From NCBI GenBank assembly GCA_963641945.1, contig CAVIDW010000001.1, positions 31,136 to 95,135 of the forward strand: DNA of 64,000 nucleotides, given 5' to 3'. The notes under the pieces are model-generated. The model ran no database searches. It was not told the DNA's origin and was given only the letters and a program-made list of their open reading frames with translations. The DNA is from a bacterium (GTDB lineage Bacteria > Bacillota_I > Bacilli_A > RF39 > UBA660). The translations under genes were made by a program, and so were the position numbers. Shown piece after piece: positions 50,207 through 61,097 of the stretch; the stretch's first letter is position 1, and every line of letters begins with the position of its first letter.

Positions 50207-51207
50207 TGAAGGATGTTTATATTTTAGCTGTTGAATCTTCTTGTGATGAGACAAGTGTTAGTGTAATTAAGAATGGACATGAGGATGTAGCTACTATTAT
50301 TAATTCTCAAATAGATGTTCATACTAAATATGGGGGAGTTGTTCCTGAAGTAGCTAGTAGACTTCATTTAGAGAATATTACTATGGTTATAAATGAATGT
50401 TTAGAGAAGGCTAATATGAAGCTTGAAGATATGGATGCTTTTGCTTGTACTTATGCTCCTGGTTTACTTGGAAGTTTATTGGTTGGTGTTGAAGCAACTA
50501 AAGCTCTTTCATTCATATATAATAAGCCTTTTATAGCAACAAATCATATGATGGGGCATATTTATGCAAATATGATAGGAAATGAGCTAGAATACCCTCT
50601 TTTATCGCTTATAGTGTCTGGTGGACATACTGATTTAATTTTAATGAAGAGTGAGAATGAATTTGAATATTTAGGTCAAACATTAGATGACGCTATTGGT
50701 GAAGCTTATGATAAAGTAGCTCGTATATTAGATTTACCTTATCCAGGTGGACCTAATGTTGAAAAGTATGCTTTACAAGGAAATCCAAGTTATAAAATGC
50801 CTAATATATTAATGGATGATTCTTATAATTTTAGTTTTAGTGGTATTAAAAGTCATGTTAATAATTTAGTACATAATGCTAAACAAAGAGGAGAAGAAGT
50901 AAATAAATATGATGTTGCTAGATCTTTTCAAGATTGTGTAACTAATCATTTAGTTGATAAAACTAAGAAAGCATTATTAAATTATAATTTAAAGACTTTC
51001 TTAATTAGTGGTGGTGTAGCTGCTAATTCACATATTAGAGAAGCATTAAAATCTATGTGTGATAGTATTGGTGTTGAAATGCATATGCCGGAAAAAAGAT
51101 ATTGTACAGATAATGCCGCTATGATAGGTGCTGCTGCTTATGTACTATATAAACATAAACAATTTGCTCCACTAAGTACAAATGCTCAAAGTCATGTTAG
51201 ACTATAA
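50206..51207 (+). CDS. tsaD: tRNA N6-adenosine threonylcarbamoyltransferase TsaD (Gcp/Kae1)
   Basis: 333 aa. Metal-binding H..H (NHMMGH) and SGGV motifs. Confidence 0.95.
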   Translation: MKDVYILAVESSCDETSVSVIKNGHEDVATIINSQIDVHTKYGGVVPEVASRLHLENITMVINECLEKANMKLEDMDAFACTYAPGLLGSLLVGVEATKALSFIYNKPFIATNHMMGHIYANMIGNELEYPLLSLIVSGGHTDLILMKSENEFEYLGQTLDDAIGEAYDKVARILDLPYPGGPNVEKYALQGNPSYKMPNILMDDSYNFSFSGIKSHVNNLVHNAKQRGEEVNKYDVARSFQDCVTNHLVDKTKKALLNYNLKTFLISGGVAANSHIREALKSMCDSIGVEMHMPEKRYCTDNAAMIGAAAYVLYKHKQFAPLSTNAQSHVRL

Positions 51208-51213
51208 TAAAAA

Positions 51214-51238
51214 CTCAAGAAAAATCTTGAGCTTTTTG
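51214..51238. terminator. bidirectional terminator between tsaD and the convergent glycosyltransferase gene
   Basis: Stem CTCAAGA/TCTTGAG, loop AAAA, flanked by T-runs. Confidence 0.6.
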
Positions 51239-51244
51239 TTTGTA

Positions 51245-52132
51245 CTATAAATAATCTTCGTCTATTCCCATTTTGTTTTTAATAATAAATAGATTAGATG
51301 TTGATCTACTATTCATTATAATAAACTCTATAATATTAAAGATAAATAACATTAATATTGAAAATAATAGAAGTGTTATAGTAATTATTAATAATGTGTT
51401 TGATTTATTTACTATTGATAGTATAAGTGTCACTAAGAAACTAATAAAAGCTAAAATACTTATTAATATACTTGATATAGCAGATTTTCTTAATGATTTG
51501 TTTTTATTTAAATATCTATTTTCTATTATTCTATTTAATAAATATAATTTATCTTTTTGTTTTGTTGATACTTTGCATTTAGCATAAAAAGTATTAAAAC
51601 CTACATTATTATAAACATATTTGTTATATCCATATTTACCACTATAATCTAAAATAGCTTTTCTCATTTTAGATGTTATTATTCTATTGCATGTTGCGTT
51701 GTTTATTAATTCTATATCATTTGTTTTATTTATAAGTTTATCTATAAAAGTTTCTTTTTCTTTCTTTTCACATATGCATACACTATCTATTTTTTTATCT
51801 TCTTCCATGCATTTTAACATTTTATTAACAAGTGAAATGCTATTTTTTATATTTGTATCTAATATACAAGTTAAGTTACTTTTTGAGTGAAGTAGTCCTG
51901 CATATATTGCATTTTCTTTACCAAATTGTTTTGAAAATTCTATTACTTTTACATTACTATTATTTTCTGATAACTTTGTTAGTTTATCAAGTGTTTTATC
52001 GTTTGAACCATCATCTATAAATATAACGTTATATTTTTCAATTTTTATTTCTTCGTTTATTTTATTGTATAAATCGGTTACTATGTTTTCTTCATTGTGA
52101 AGTGGTATAATTATGTCTAAATTCATTGTCAT
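51245..52132 (-). CDS. family-2 glycosyltransferase with C-terminal TM helices (GtrB / polyprenyl-phosphate glycosyltransferase-like)
   Basis: 295 aa. IIIPLHNEE...FIDDGSNDKT, a DxD region, two C-terminal TM helices. Confidence 0.7.
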   Translation of the reverse strand: MTMNLDIIIPLHNEENIVTDLYNKINEEIKIEKYNVIFIDDGSNDKTLDKLTKLSENNSNVKVIEFSKQFGKENAIYAGLLHSKSNLTCILDTNIKNSISLVNKMLKCMEEDKKIDSVCICEKKEKETFIDKLINKTNDIELINNATCNRIITSKMRKAILDYSGKYGYNKYVYNNVGFNTFYAKCKVSTKQKDKLYLLNRIIENRYLNKNKSLRKSAISSILISILAFISFLVTLILSIVNKSNTLLIITITLLLFSILMLFIFNIIEFIIMNSRSTSNLFIIKNKMGIDEDYL

Positions 52133-52138
52133 GTGCTC

Positions 52139-52627
52139 CTAATAACCTCTGATTCCTTCAATGCTTTCATCATTATTAATTAGATCTTGAACAAGTATTT
52201 CTCTATATTTTGTTTTTGTATCTCTTATAATTATTTTTGATATACCACTATTTATAATAACTCTTTTACACATAGAACATGACATGGCATTTTCTACATA
52301 TTCTCCTGTATCTACATGTTTACCAACCATATAAAGTGTAGCATCTATCATACTTTTTCTTGATGCACTTATGATAGCATTTTGTTCTGCATGTACGCTT
52401 CTACATAGTTCATATCTTTCACCTCTTGGAATATTTAATTTTTCTCTTATACAATATCCAAGCTCGTCACAGTTTTTTCTTCCTCTTGGAGCTCCATTAT
52501 ATCCAGTTGATATAATTTCATCATCCTTTACTATTACAGCTCCCCATTTTCTTCTTAAACATGTACTTCTTTCTAAAGCAGTTTCTGCCATATTTAAATA
52601 ATAATTTTGTTTGCTAATTCTTTTCAT
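52139..52627 (-). CDS. comEB: dCMP deaminase (ComEB-type)
   Basis: 162 aa. HAEQNAI and CSMCKRVI zinc motifs. RBS upstream. Confidence 0.8.
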   Translation of the reverse strand: MKRISKQNYYLNMAETALERSTCLRRKWGAVIVKDDEIISTGYNGAPRGRKNCDELGYCIREKLNIPRGERYELCRSVHAEQNAIISASRKSMIDATLYMVGKHVDTGEYVENAMSCSMCKRVIINSGISKIIIRDTKTKYREILVQDLINNDESIEGIRGY

Positions 52628-52773
52628 TTTACTTCTCCTTTATTTAATAATTAATTATTGCCTTTTATATTAATAACTTTATTATGATTTAAATCTAATA
52701 CACCCCTTATAATAATTTTATCATAAATTGTTCTATAAATAAATTTAAAACATAATTTTAATTAGAGGAAAAT

Positions 52774-55302
52774 ATGAATACTAATAATAAAAATGGATTA
52801 AGTCATGTAGAAGTTATTAAATCTAGAAATAAATATGGTTCAAATAAGTTAACTATTAAGAAAAAACATACTATATTTAGTATGATAATAGAGTCTTTAA
52901 ATGATCCAATTATTAAAATATTATTGGTTGCTTTGTGTGTGAAAGTGATTTTTTTATTTAAAGATTCAAATATATATGAAACTCTTGGAATAGCTGTTGC
53001 TGTTTTTTTAGCATCTTTTATATCTGTTTTATCTGAATATGGAAGTGAAAAGGCATTTGAGAAGTTAAGTGAAGAAAATTCTTCTTATAAGGTAAAGACT
53101 ATAAGAGATGGGAAAAAATGTATTATATCTGTAGATGAAGTTGTTGTAGGTGATATTGTTTACCTTGAAAGTGGAGATAAAGTTCCAAGTGATGGGGTAA
53201 TAATTGAAGGAAGTATTTATACTGATGAAAGTGCTTTAACTGGAGAAACTTTTGAAAAACTTAAGAAGATTAATGATAAAGTATATATGGGTAGTATAGT
53301 TACTAATCAAAGTGGTATTATGAAAGCAACTAAAGTTGGTAATAGTACTTATTACGGAAAAATAGCTAATGATATTCAAGAGAAAACAATAGAAAGTCCG
53401 CTTAAATCTAAATTAAGAGATTTAGCTAAATATATTAGTTATGTAGGATATTTTGGTGCAATATTGGTTTTTGCTTCATACATGATAAATGTTATATTGA
53501 GTGGTGAAACTAATTTGGTGCCACATATTTTATATGCTTTAACATTAAGTGTTGCTGTTATTGTTATGGCTGTTCCAGAAGGTTTACCTATGATGATTAC
53601 TTTAGTTCTTTCTTCTAATATGAAAAGATTACTTAAAAAGAATGTTTTAGTCAGAAAATTAGTTGGTATTGAAACATCTGGATCATTAAATATATTATTT
53701 ACTGATAAAACAGGTACTTTAACTGAAGGTAAACTAAAAGTAGAAAATTTTATTGATGCTGAACTAAATATTCATGAAAAGATTACTGATTTGAAAGATG
53801 AACTATATGAAATTGTATATCAATCACTTGTATATAATAATGAATCTTTTTATAGTGAAGGTGTAGTTCAAGGTGGAAATATTACTGATAGAGCAATAAT
53901 AGAATATTGCAAAAGTGATGATAAAGATAAATATAAAATTATTAGCAAAGAGTTATTTAATAGTAAACTTAAATATTCAAAAATAACTACTAATTATAAT
54001 GGTAAGACTGATTTTATTAAAGGCGCTTACGAAGTTATATTAGATAAATGTACTTATTATATGAAGTTTGATGGTGAAAAAAGAGTTTTAATTGATAAAA
54101 ATAATGTCTTAAATTATATAAATACTATTACTAAGAATGGGAATAGAGTACTTGGTTTAGCTATTAATGATGGGATTAGATACATTTTGGTTGGATTTGT
54201 CACTCTTAAGGATAAGATTAGAAAAGAAGCATTTTCTGCGATTGAATCAATTAAATCTGCTGGTGTTCAAGTTGTTATGGTGACTGGAGATGCTAAAGAA
54301 ACTGCGTGTTCCATAGCAAAAGAATTGAAGATAATAGATAATGAATATGATATTATTTTGACAAGTGAAGAGTTTAATAATATGACCATAAGTGATGTTG
54401 AAAAAATACTACCAAGATTAAAAGTTTTATGTAGAAGTTTACCAGAAGATAAAAACAAATTGGTTAAAATAGGGCAAGAAAATAATTTGATAGTTGGTAT
54501 GACTGGTGATGGTGTGAATGATGCTCCTGCTTTGAAAAGAGCTGATGTTGGATTTTCTATGGGAAGTGGTACAGAAGTTGCAAAAGAAACAAGTGACGTT
54601 GTCATTTTAGATAATAATATATTGTCAATTAGTCATGCAATATTGTATGGTAGAACTATATTTAAAAATATAAGAAAATTTGTTGTTTTTCAGTTAAGTG
54701 TTAATATATGTGCTGTTCTTGTTAGTATTATTTGTCCATTTATAGGTGTACTTGCTCCAGTTACAATTATTCAAGTATTATGGGTGAATATGGTGATGGA
54801 TACTTTTGCAGGACTTGCATTTTCTTTTGAACCAGCATTAAATGAATATATGTTAGAAAAACCAAAAAAGCGAAATGAAAATATAATTAATTCATATATG
54901 AAGAATCAGATATTTTTTAATGGAATATATTCTACTATTATATGTATATGGTTTTTGACTTCATCATTTATTAAAAAAATATATATAGATGATAAATATT
55001 TAATGACGGCTTTTTTTGGTCTTTTTATTTTTATTGATATATTTAATGCCTTTACTGCAAGAACTAGTCGTATTAATACTTTTTCTAATTTATTTAAAAA
55101 TAAAATATTCTTATTTATATTTTTATTTATAACTATTGTGCAAATAATGCTTATATATTTTGGAGGAGAATTATTTAGAACGACTGGATTAACTTTTTAT
55201 GAGTTTGAAATAATGATATTGATAGCTTTTTCTATTATAATATTTGATATTTTTAGAAAAATTCTAATTAAAAGGAAAACTAAAATTAATATGACTTATT
55301 AA
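52774..55302 (+). CDS. P-type cation (Ca2+-type, P2A/P2B) ATPase
   Basis: 842 aa. DKTGTLT phosphorylation site, GDGVNDAPAL, ten TM helices, N-terminal cation-ATPase motif. Confidence 0.85.
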   Translation: MNTNNKNGLSHVEVIKSRNKYGSNKLTIKKKHTIFSMIIESLNDPIIKILLVALCVKVIFLFKDSNIYETLGIAVAVFLASFISVLSEYGSEKAFEKLSEENSSYKVKTIRDGKKCIISVDEVVVGDIVYLESGDKVPSDGVIIEGSIYTDESALTGETFEKLKKINDKVYMGSIVTNQSGIMKATKVGNSTYYGKIANDIQEKTIESPLKSKLRDLAKYISYVGYFGAILVFASYMINVILSGETNLVPHILYALTLSVAVIVMAVPEGLPMMITLVLSSNMKRLLKKNVLVRKLVGIETSGSLNILFTDKTGTLTEGKLKVENFIDAELNIHEKITDLKDELYEIVYQSLVYNNESFYSEGVVQGGNITDRAIIEYCKSDDKDKYKIISKELFNSKLKYSKITTNYNGKTDFIKGAYEVILDKCTYYMKFDGEKRVLIDKNNVLNYINTITKNGNRVLGLAINDGIRYILVGFVTLKDKIRKEAFSAIESIKSAGVQVVMVTGDAKETACSIAKELKIIDNEYDIILTSEEFNNMTISDVEKILPRLKVLCRSLPEDKNKLVKIGQENNLIVGMTGDGVNDAPALKRADVGFSMGSGTEVAKETSDVVILDNNILSISHAILYGRTIFKNIRKFVVFQLSVNICAVLVSIICPFIGVLAPVTIIQVLWVNMVMDTFAGLAFSFEPALNEYMLEKPKKRNENIINSYMKNQIFFNGIYSTIICIWFLTSSFIKKIYIDDKYLMTAFFGLFIFIDIFNAFTARTSRINTFSNLFKNKIFLFIFLFITIVQIMLIYFGGELFRTTGLTFYEFEIMILIAFSIIIFDIFRKILIKRKTKINMTY

Positions 55303-55426
55303 GTTTTTTATATTTTTTGTGATGTGATGCTATTTAATTTTATATGATAATCTAATGAATTTTATTTTGTGATATTTTATTTTAAATTAAAGACTTTTTA
55401 TTAGAAATTTGATACAATTTTATTAG

Positions 55427-55864
55427 GTGATATTGACTATGTATAAATATAAAAAAATGATTATTAAACTAATTGCATTATTATATATTGCAGTTACTAT
55501 TATTGAGACTATTAAATATTTATTTAGTGATTCTAATATATTTGGATTAATTTATTTATTAATATCATTTTTTATAATATTTTTGTTAGTACCTACTTGT
55601 CACAATTACAATAGATATTTTTCTCGCGCTAGAATCAGTAAACTTATAATAATTTTTATATTAGGGATATTCTCTAGTTATTTTTTAGATAAAATTATAT
55701 TAAATTTATCATATACTGATTCGTCTAATGTTTATATAAGCAGTATTTTTATATATAAGAACATACTAAAGGTGGGTATTTATTTTTTTATATTTGTATT
55801 TACTTTCTTTGAATTTAAACTTGATAAACTATTACTTAATAATAGTAAAAAGAAAAAATCTTGA
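55427..55864 (+). CDS. hypothetical small membrane protein
   Basis: 145 aa with 4 predicted TM helices and no motifs. Confidence 0.4.
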   Translation: MILTMYKYKKMIIKLIALLYIAVTIIETIKYLFSDSNIFGLIYLLISFFIIFLLVPTCHNYNRYFSRARISKLIIIFILGIFSSYFLDKIILNLSYTDSSNVYISSIFIYKNILKVGIYFFIFVFTFFEFKLDKLLLNNSKKKKS

Positions 55865-55992
55865 TTTTGGGTTAGTTTTGTGGTATAATATGTTTACAAT
55901 TAAGGAGATAAATAATCTAATAAAATCTTCTTGATTACAAAATATGAGAAAAATTAATTATATTTGACATTTCAATGGCTTTGTGTTATAAT
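55861..55992 (+). promoter_or_regulatory. two tandem sigma-A-type promoters
   Basis: P1 is TTGATT-17-TGgTATAAT (55861-55889). P2 is TTGACA-17-TGtTATAAT (55964-55992). Both lie upstream of the gene starting at 56022. Confidence 0.5.
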
Positions 55993-56021
55993 ATAGCCAC
56001 ATTACAAAGGGGGGATTGGTA

Positions 56022-57386
56022 ATGAATAATGAATTATTAAAAGAAATGAACAATAGACTTGCTTATGAATATTACAAAATAGTGGATCTTGATGAGGAAC
56101 TTCGTGAGGAATATAAAGAGGCTAAAAATGAAAGAAAATCAGTTAGGGAATTAAATGCCATAGCAGATAAAATTAATCAACTTGAATCTAAATATCGTGA
56201 GATTAAATCTGATATTAATTTATATAAAAAGGTTAATGCCAGCGCTGATAAAGTAAATATTTATAATGTTGAAGAAAAACTTATGAAGAAATATGATGTA
56301 TGTAGTGTTGAATTAAAAAATGTACCAAAAAGAATTAAAGAAGTTGAAGATAAAGAAGTTGAAGATAAAGAAGATAAAAACAAAAAATCAAAAACTACCG
56401 CTATTATAGCTGGTACAATTGCAGGAATTGAAGCCTTGACACTTGGTACTATTGCATTATCTAGTTGCAATAAAGAAGTAGTACAAGTTTCAGAAAAAGA
56501 TTCTGGAGTTAAAAATGATAGTTCTATTTCCGAAACAAAAGTAGAAGAAACTAAAAAAACATTTGTAGATGCATCAAATGATAAACAAATAAAAAATCAA
56601 GCACAATCTATATATGATAATTATGTTAATACAAATGATGCTTCTGAAGCTTTCAAATCAACTATGACTGTTGAAAAAATTTCTGATGTGCTTAGAATGG
56701 CAAATGGACAATTTAAAATGGTTGATGGAAGTGTTTCATATAATGCTGAGGATATTGATTTAATTGCAAATTATATTAATGAATATGCTAATTCAACATC
56801 TTATAAACAATATGGTACAAATTTACAATTTAAACCTATGGCTGTTTTCTTTGAACAAGATACTGATGCTTATAAAATTGTGAGCAAGGGTGATGAATTA
56901 ATGTCTAAAGTTTATGAAGACATTAAAACTGGAGATGTTGCTAAATTTAAAGAAGATTCAGTTAACTGGGGTATATTTATAAAAGATACTTTAGAAAAAA
57001 CGTCATTGGATGGAAATGTTAAGAGCATTTGGACACTTCCTGCTTCTCAACAATTCTATGTTGCTCAAGCATTAACTAGTCAATATGGATGTTCAATTAT
57101 GGAATATGGTATTGCATTGGATTTAGCTGATAGTCAAGGTAATACTCATTCAATTTGTATTCCTTACTGTTATAATGAATCTGGTTCAGTTGTTTATAAA
57201 CCATTAAGTGAATTAATTTATGATATTAATAATACACCAATGAATGATTTAGCTGCTAGAGCTGGTCATTTAAAGGAATGGCAAGAAAAAAATGAATCAA
57301 TTATGTGGGAATTAGGAAATAATGCTGAAGAATATTACAATAGTAAATATGAGCTTGAAGTTGGTTATTCAAAGAAATTAAAATAA
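56022..57386 (+). CDS. hypothetical bitopic membrane protein (N-terminal cytoplasmic coiled coil, one TM, large external domain)
   Basis: Start at the ATG at 56022, 6 nt after RBS GGGGGGA. KEVEDKEVEDKED repeat, TM TAIIAGTIAGIEALTLGTIAL. Confidence 0.5.
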   Translation: MNNELLKEMNNRLAYEYYKIVDLDEELREEYKEAKNERKSVRELNAIADKINQLESKYREIKSDINLYKKVNASADKVNIYNVEEKLMKKYDVCSVELKNVPKRIKEVEDKEVEDKEDKNKKSKTTAIIAGTIAGIEALTLGTIALSSCNKEVVQVSEKDSGVKNDSSISETKVEETKKTFVDASNDKQIKNQAQSIYDNYVNTNDASEAFKSTMTVEKISDVLRMANGQFKMVDGSVSYNAEDIDLIANYINEYANSTSYKQYGTNLQFKPMAVFFEQDTDAYKIVSKGDELMSKVYEDIKTGDVAKFKEDSVNWGIFIKDTLEKTSLDGNVKSIWTLPASQQFYVAQALTSQYGCSIMEYGIALDLADSQGNTHSICIPYCYNESGSVVYKPLSELIYDINNTPMNDLAARAGHLKEWQEKNESIMWELGNNAEEYYNSKYELEVGYSKKLK

Positions 57387-57408
57387 GTATTAAAAGGGGG
57401 AAACAATT

Positions 57409-58791
57409 ATGTATAGTAATGATAAAAGAAATGGATTTAGTATTCTAGATTTAGTGGTTAAAATTATCTTTGCTTGTTTGTTTATATTTATATTAGTTTG
57501 GTTATTTCAAAAGAAAGTTCCAAACATGACTCCATTTTACAGTAATGTATTTAGAGAAAATATAAAATATATGCAAGAAGCTGGAGAAAGCTATTTTACT
57601 GATGAGAAGATGCCTACTGAAATAGGTAACGAAGTAAAAATAACTTTAAATGATATGATTGGTAGAAAGTTAATCATTCCATTTGTTGATGAAGATGGTA
57701 ATTCTTGTAATTTATATGAATCATATGTTAGTGTTACTAAAACTGATACAGGATATAATTTAAAAACTAATTTAGTTTGTAATAATGAATCTGATTATAC
57801 TATTAAAGTATTAGGATGTCACACTTATTGTGAAGGTAAGGATTGTGCAAAAACATGTTCCATAGAAAAAATAACTAAATATCAATTTAAGAAATTAGTT
57901 ACTGGAACTAAGACTAAATATAGTTGTGAATCTGGTTATGCATTAAATGGTAAATATTGTTATAAAACCGTTTTAGATGATACAAAGTCTGCTGAAGTTA
58001 AGAAAACTACTACTAAGACATTAATTGTAGATGCCAAAAAAGTAATAGAAAGTGGTAAGAAAGAGTTATTAACCACTCGTACTGAAACTAAGTATGATGA
58101 TGTTGAACCAATTCGCGCTACTACTAAGACTGTTAAAGAAAGTTATACTTATGATTGCAGTTCAACAAAAACTGAAAAGAAATGTACTACATCATATATT
58201 ACAGAAAGTTATAGTTGTAATTGTTCAACACATACCGTTAATCATAAACAAGTAGTTACTTGTGATACATGTACTAGTACAATTCCTGTTGAAACTTGTG
58301 AAAATGTTGAAGTTAGCGTTCCTAAAACATGTACAGGAACTAGAGATAAAGTTGTAGATGTTCCTGCTAGTTGTCCTAGTGGAACTGATAAACAAACTGG
58401 ATCAGGAGATACATTAAAATGCTATAAGAGTAGAACAGTTTACTTATGTCCAAGTGGTTCTAATTATAGTGAAGGAAGTGGAAAAGACTTGAAATGTTAT
58501 AAAGTTACAGATGGTTCTTTCCATTATGAATGTGATGATAAGTCATATACATTAAGTGGTGATAAATGTACTAAAACTGTTAATGAAGAATCTACTGAAT
58601 ATTCTTGTGATTCTGGATATAAATTAGAAGAAACTATTTGTAAGAAATATAAAACAGATAAAGTTAAAGCTAAAAGTAAAAAAATAACTACTAAATATTA
58701 TAAATATACATGGAGTGAAAAAGAAACTTTATCTGGATGGACAAAAACGGGTAAAACTAAAACTGTTGATGGAAAAGAGAAATGTGAATAA
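57409..58791 (+). CDS. cysteine-rich secreted/anchored repeat protein with type IV pilin-like N-terminus
   Basis: 460 aa. N-terminus MYSNDKRNG/FSILDLVVKIIFACLFIFILV resembles a class III (prepilin) signal, but Asp replaces Glu at +5. More than 40 Cys in repeated C.SGY.L....C.K modules. Confidence 0.5.
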   Translation: MYSNDKRNGFSILDLVVKIIFACLFIFILVWLFQKKVPNMTPFYSNVFRENIKYMQEAGESYFTDEKMPTEIGNEVKITLNDMIGRKLIIPFVDEDGNSCNLYESYVSVTKTDTGYNLKTNLVCNNESDYTIKVLGCHTYCEGKDCAKTCSIEKITKYQFKKLVTGTKTKYSCESGYALNGKYCYKTVLDDTKSAEVKKTTTKTLIVDAKKVIESGKKELLTTRTETKYDDVEPIRATTKTVKESYTYDCSSTKTEKKCTTSYITESYSCNCSTHTVNHKQVVTCDTCTSTIPVETCENVEVSVPKTCTGTRDKVVDVPASCPSGTDKQTGSGDTLKCYKSRTVYLCPSGSNYSEGSGKDLKCYKVTDGSFHYECDDKSYTLSGDKCTKTVNEESTEYSCDSGYKLEETICKKYKTDKVKAKSKKITTKYYKYTWSEKETLSGWTKTGKTKTVDGKEKCE

Positions 58792-58862
58792 TTTGAGAAA
58801 TATTTCTCTTTTTTCTTGTAAAATTTTCTTAGATGTTTTAAACTATTTATAGAGGTGGGAAA

Positions 58863-59525
58863 ATGGCAAAAATAAATAATGCTAAAAAACAAATTAAAAA
58901 TAAGGTGAATACCGTTAGTAAAAATGTGAATGTCGCAAAAAAGAATGTGAAAAAGGTAACAAATAAAATAGAAAAAAAAGTAAATGAAATTAGTGATAAT
59001 ATTGAGGATTCAATTGAAGTGATAGAAGAAAAGGTTGTTCCTAAAAAAGAAAATAAAAATAAAAAATTAATTACTATTTTTGGAATAGTATTAGCTGTGG
59101 GTCTATTTATAGGGTTATCATTTTTGATTGATGTAAGTGGTAAAAATAGTGAAAGTAATGAAAATAATGAAAATAGTTCAAGTGGTACAACTGCGGATAT
59201 AGAAAGTTGGTATAATAAGTCAACTAATGGTGATGAAATTGTAACAGTAATTGCTAGTTCAACATGTCCACATTGTCAAGAATATAAACCTGTTATAGAA
59301 AATTTGGCTAGTGAAAAAGGATTTACATTATATTTCTTTGAAGCTGATTATTTAGATGAAACGGATTATACAATGCTAACCGGAACATTTGAGATTGAAA
59401 ATTATACTGGTGCTGTTCCATATACATTTATTGTAAAAGACGGAAAGTTTGTAGCTGATACTATTGGATATAGTGATGAAGATACTACTATTTCATTTTT
59501 GAAAGAAAATAATATTATAAAATAA
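58863..59525 (+). CDS. membrane-anchored thioredoxin-fold protein with CPHC active site (DsbA-like thiol:disulfide oxidoreductase)
   Basis: 220 aa. Lys-rich N-terminus, one TM, then a thioredoxin-like domain containing ASSTCPHCQEY. Confidence 0.55.
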   Translation: MAKINNAKKQIKNKVNTVSKNVNVAKKNVKKVTNKIEKKVNEISDNIEDSIEVIEEKVVPKKENKNKKLITIFGIVLAVGLFIGLSFLIDVSGKNSESNENNENSSSGTTADIESWYNKSTNGDEIVTVIASSTCPHCQEYKPVIENLASEKGFTLYFFEADYLDETDYTMLTGTFEIENYTGAVPYTFIVKDGKFVADTIGYSDEDTTISFLKENNIIK

Positions 59526-59585
59526 AAACTAGGAAACTAGTTTTTTAATTTATAATATAGTATAATTTTTTTAGGAGTAAAATGT

Positions 59586-60680
59586 ATGAATAAGAAGCTG
59601 ATAATATTTTTATTGTGCAATATTTTTATTATTATATTTAAATATTTTATTTCTGATTATACAATCAATTATAAATTAAATAACTATGATGTTAGTATAA
59701 AATATAGTGATAAGAGATATTATATTGAGATCAATAAAAATTATAAATATAATTTTGATATTTATAAAAAGAGAAGTTTTAATAGAAAAATTATTAATGA
59801 TATTAAGGTAATAAATGATGATAATTTTGAGTGTATTGTGCCAATTATTGAATGTGTTAATACAAATCCATTATGTTATAAAGAAAATGAGTATATTGAC
59901 TTTAATTTGATTGAATCTGGAAAACTTGATAAATATAAGAAAAAAATTATAAGTGACAATATTAATAATGAATTTGAATATTATGATAGTTTAGATAGTA
60001 ATGAATATATGGCTTTATGGAATTATAAGGGATATGTAGTTATGAATGGTAATTCTTATGATATTGTTAAATTATTTGATAAAGATAGATATGATAATAA
60101 TTTAGCATATCAAATAGGTGAAATTATTTATATGCCTAATTATAATCAAGAGCATGAATATAGTGAATTAATTAAATTTAATATTAAAACATTAAAATAT
60201 GAAAAGATAAATATTGATAACAATATTGATTATGATTCTTATGTTGTTGGTCATATAAAAAAGAAATTATATATTTTTGATAATAAACATTCTATATTAT
60301 ATGAAATAAATCTTAAAGATGGAGAGAGTAAGATTATTGGTAGTAATGAAATAGGGTTTGTTAAATATAAAAATAAAGAGTTTGTTAGTTGTAGTAAGTC
60401 TGAATATAAAAATGATAAGATAAAATATAATAAATTTGTTTCTATTTATAAGTATAAAAATAATAATGGATTATATAAAACTATTAAAGATAATGAAGGA
60501 ATAATTCAAAAAATAAGTAATGATGAAGTTATTATTTTGGGTGAATATGATAATGTTTTATATTATTTATTAAAAAATAAAGTATATAAATATGAGCCTA
60601 TGAAAAATATAAAACAAGTGTTATTTGAGAATGAACTTGAATTTAATAATACTAATATGATATTTATATATAATGAATAG
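59586..60680 (+). CDS. hypothetical exported/anchored protein
   Basis: 364 aa. N-terminal signal anchor. Asn/Lys/Tyr-rich, no motifs. Confidence 0.45.
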   Translation: MNKKLIIFLLCNIFIIIFKYFISDYTINYKLNNYDVSIKYSDKRYYIEINKNYKYNFDIYKKRSFNRKIINDIKVINDDNFECIVPIIECVNTNPLCYKENEYIDFNLIESGKLDKYKKKIISDNINNEFEYYDSLDSNEYMALWNYKGYVVMNGNSYDIVKLFDKDRYDNNLAYQIGEIIYMPNYNQEHEYSELIKFNIKTLKYEKINIDNNIDYDSYVVGHIKKKLYIFDNKHSILYEINLKDGESKIIGSNEIGFVKYKNKEFVSCSKSEYKNDKIKYNKFVSIYKYKNNNGLYKTIKDNEGIIQKISNDEVIILGEYDNVLYYLLKNKVYKYEPMKNIKQVLFENELEFNNTNMIFIYNE

Positions 60681-60717
60681 CAAACATTAACATTAAACAT
60701 ATAATACTTTAGGTGAT

Positions 60718-61038
60718 ATGATGAAAAGTAAATTAGAGAGTCCTTTTTATGATATATATGAAATCAAAAAAGGTGATACATTATATAAGATATCTAAAGA
60801 ATTTAATGTTAATACTAAATTATTAGCAGAATTAAATGGATTAAAACTAGATGATTATATTTATGCTGGTGATACAGTATTGATTCCTAAAAAAGATGTT
60901 AGCTATTATATAACTAAAGATGGAGATATACTTTATACAGTCAGCAAAATATTTAATGTTAGTGAGAAAGATTTAGTAGATCAAAATAAGACAATTTATT
61001 TACTTCCTGAACAAATGATATACTATAAAAGAGATTAG
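60718..61038 (+). CDS. tandem LysM-domain protein
   Basis: 106 aa. Two LysM repeats (YEIKKGDTLYKISKEFNV..., YITKDGDILYTVSKIFNV...). Confidence 0.7.
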   Translation: MMKSKLESPFYDIYEIKKGDTLYKISKEFNVNTKLLAELNGLKLDDYIYAGDTVLIPKKDVSYYITKDGDILYTVSKIFNVSEKDLVDQNKTIYLLPEQMIYYKRD

Positions 61039-61097
61039 AATACTAGTCTTTTTTTTTAATACGTGATATAATTTCATTATAATAGGAGTTGGTTAGT

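Noticed and set aside
55893-55963. Small RNA or ORF between the two tandem promoters
   Set aside because: There is a Shine-Dalgarno-like AAGGAG but no start codon at proper spacing. The only ATG opens a 7-codon ORF. This is most likely just 5'-UTR sequence.
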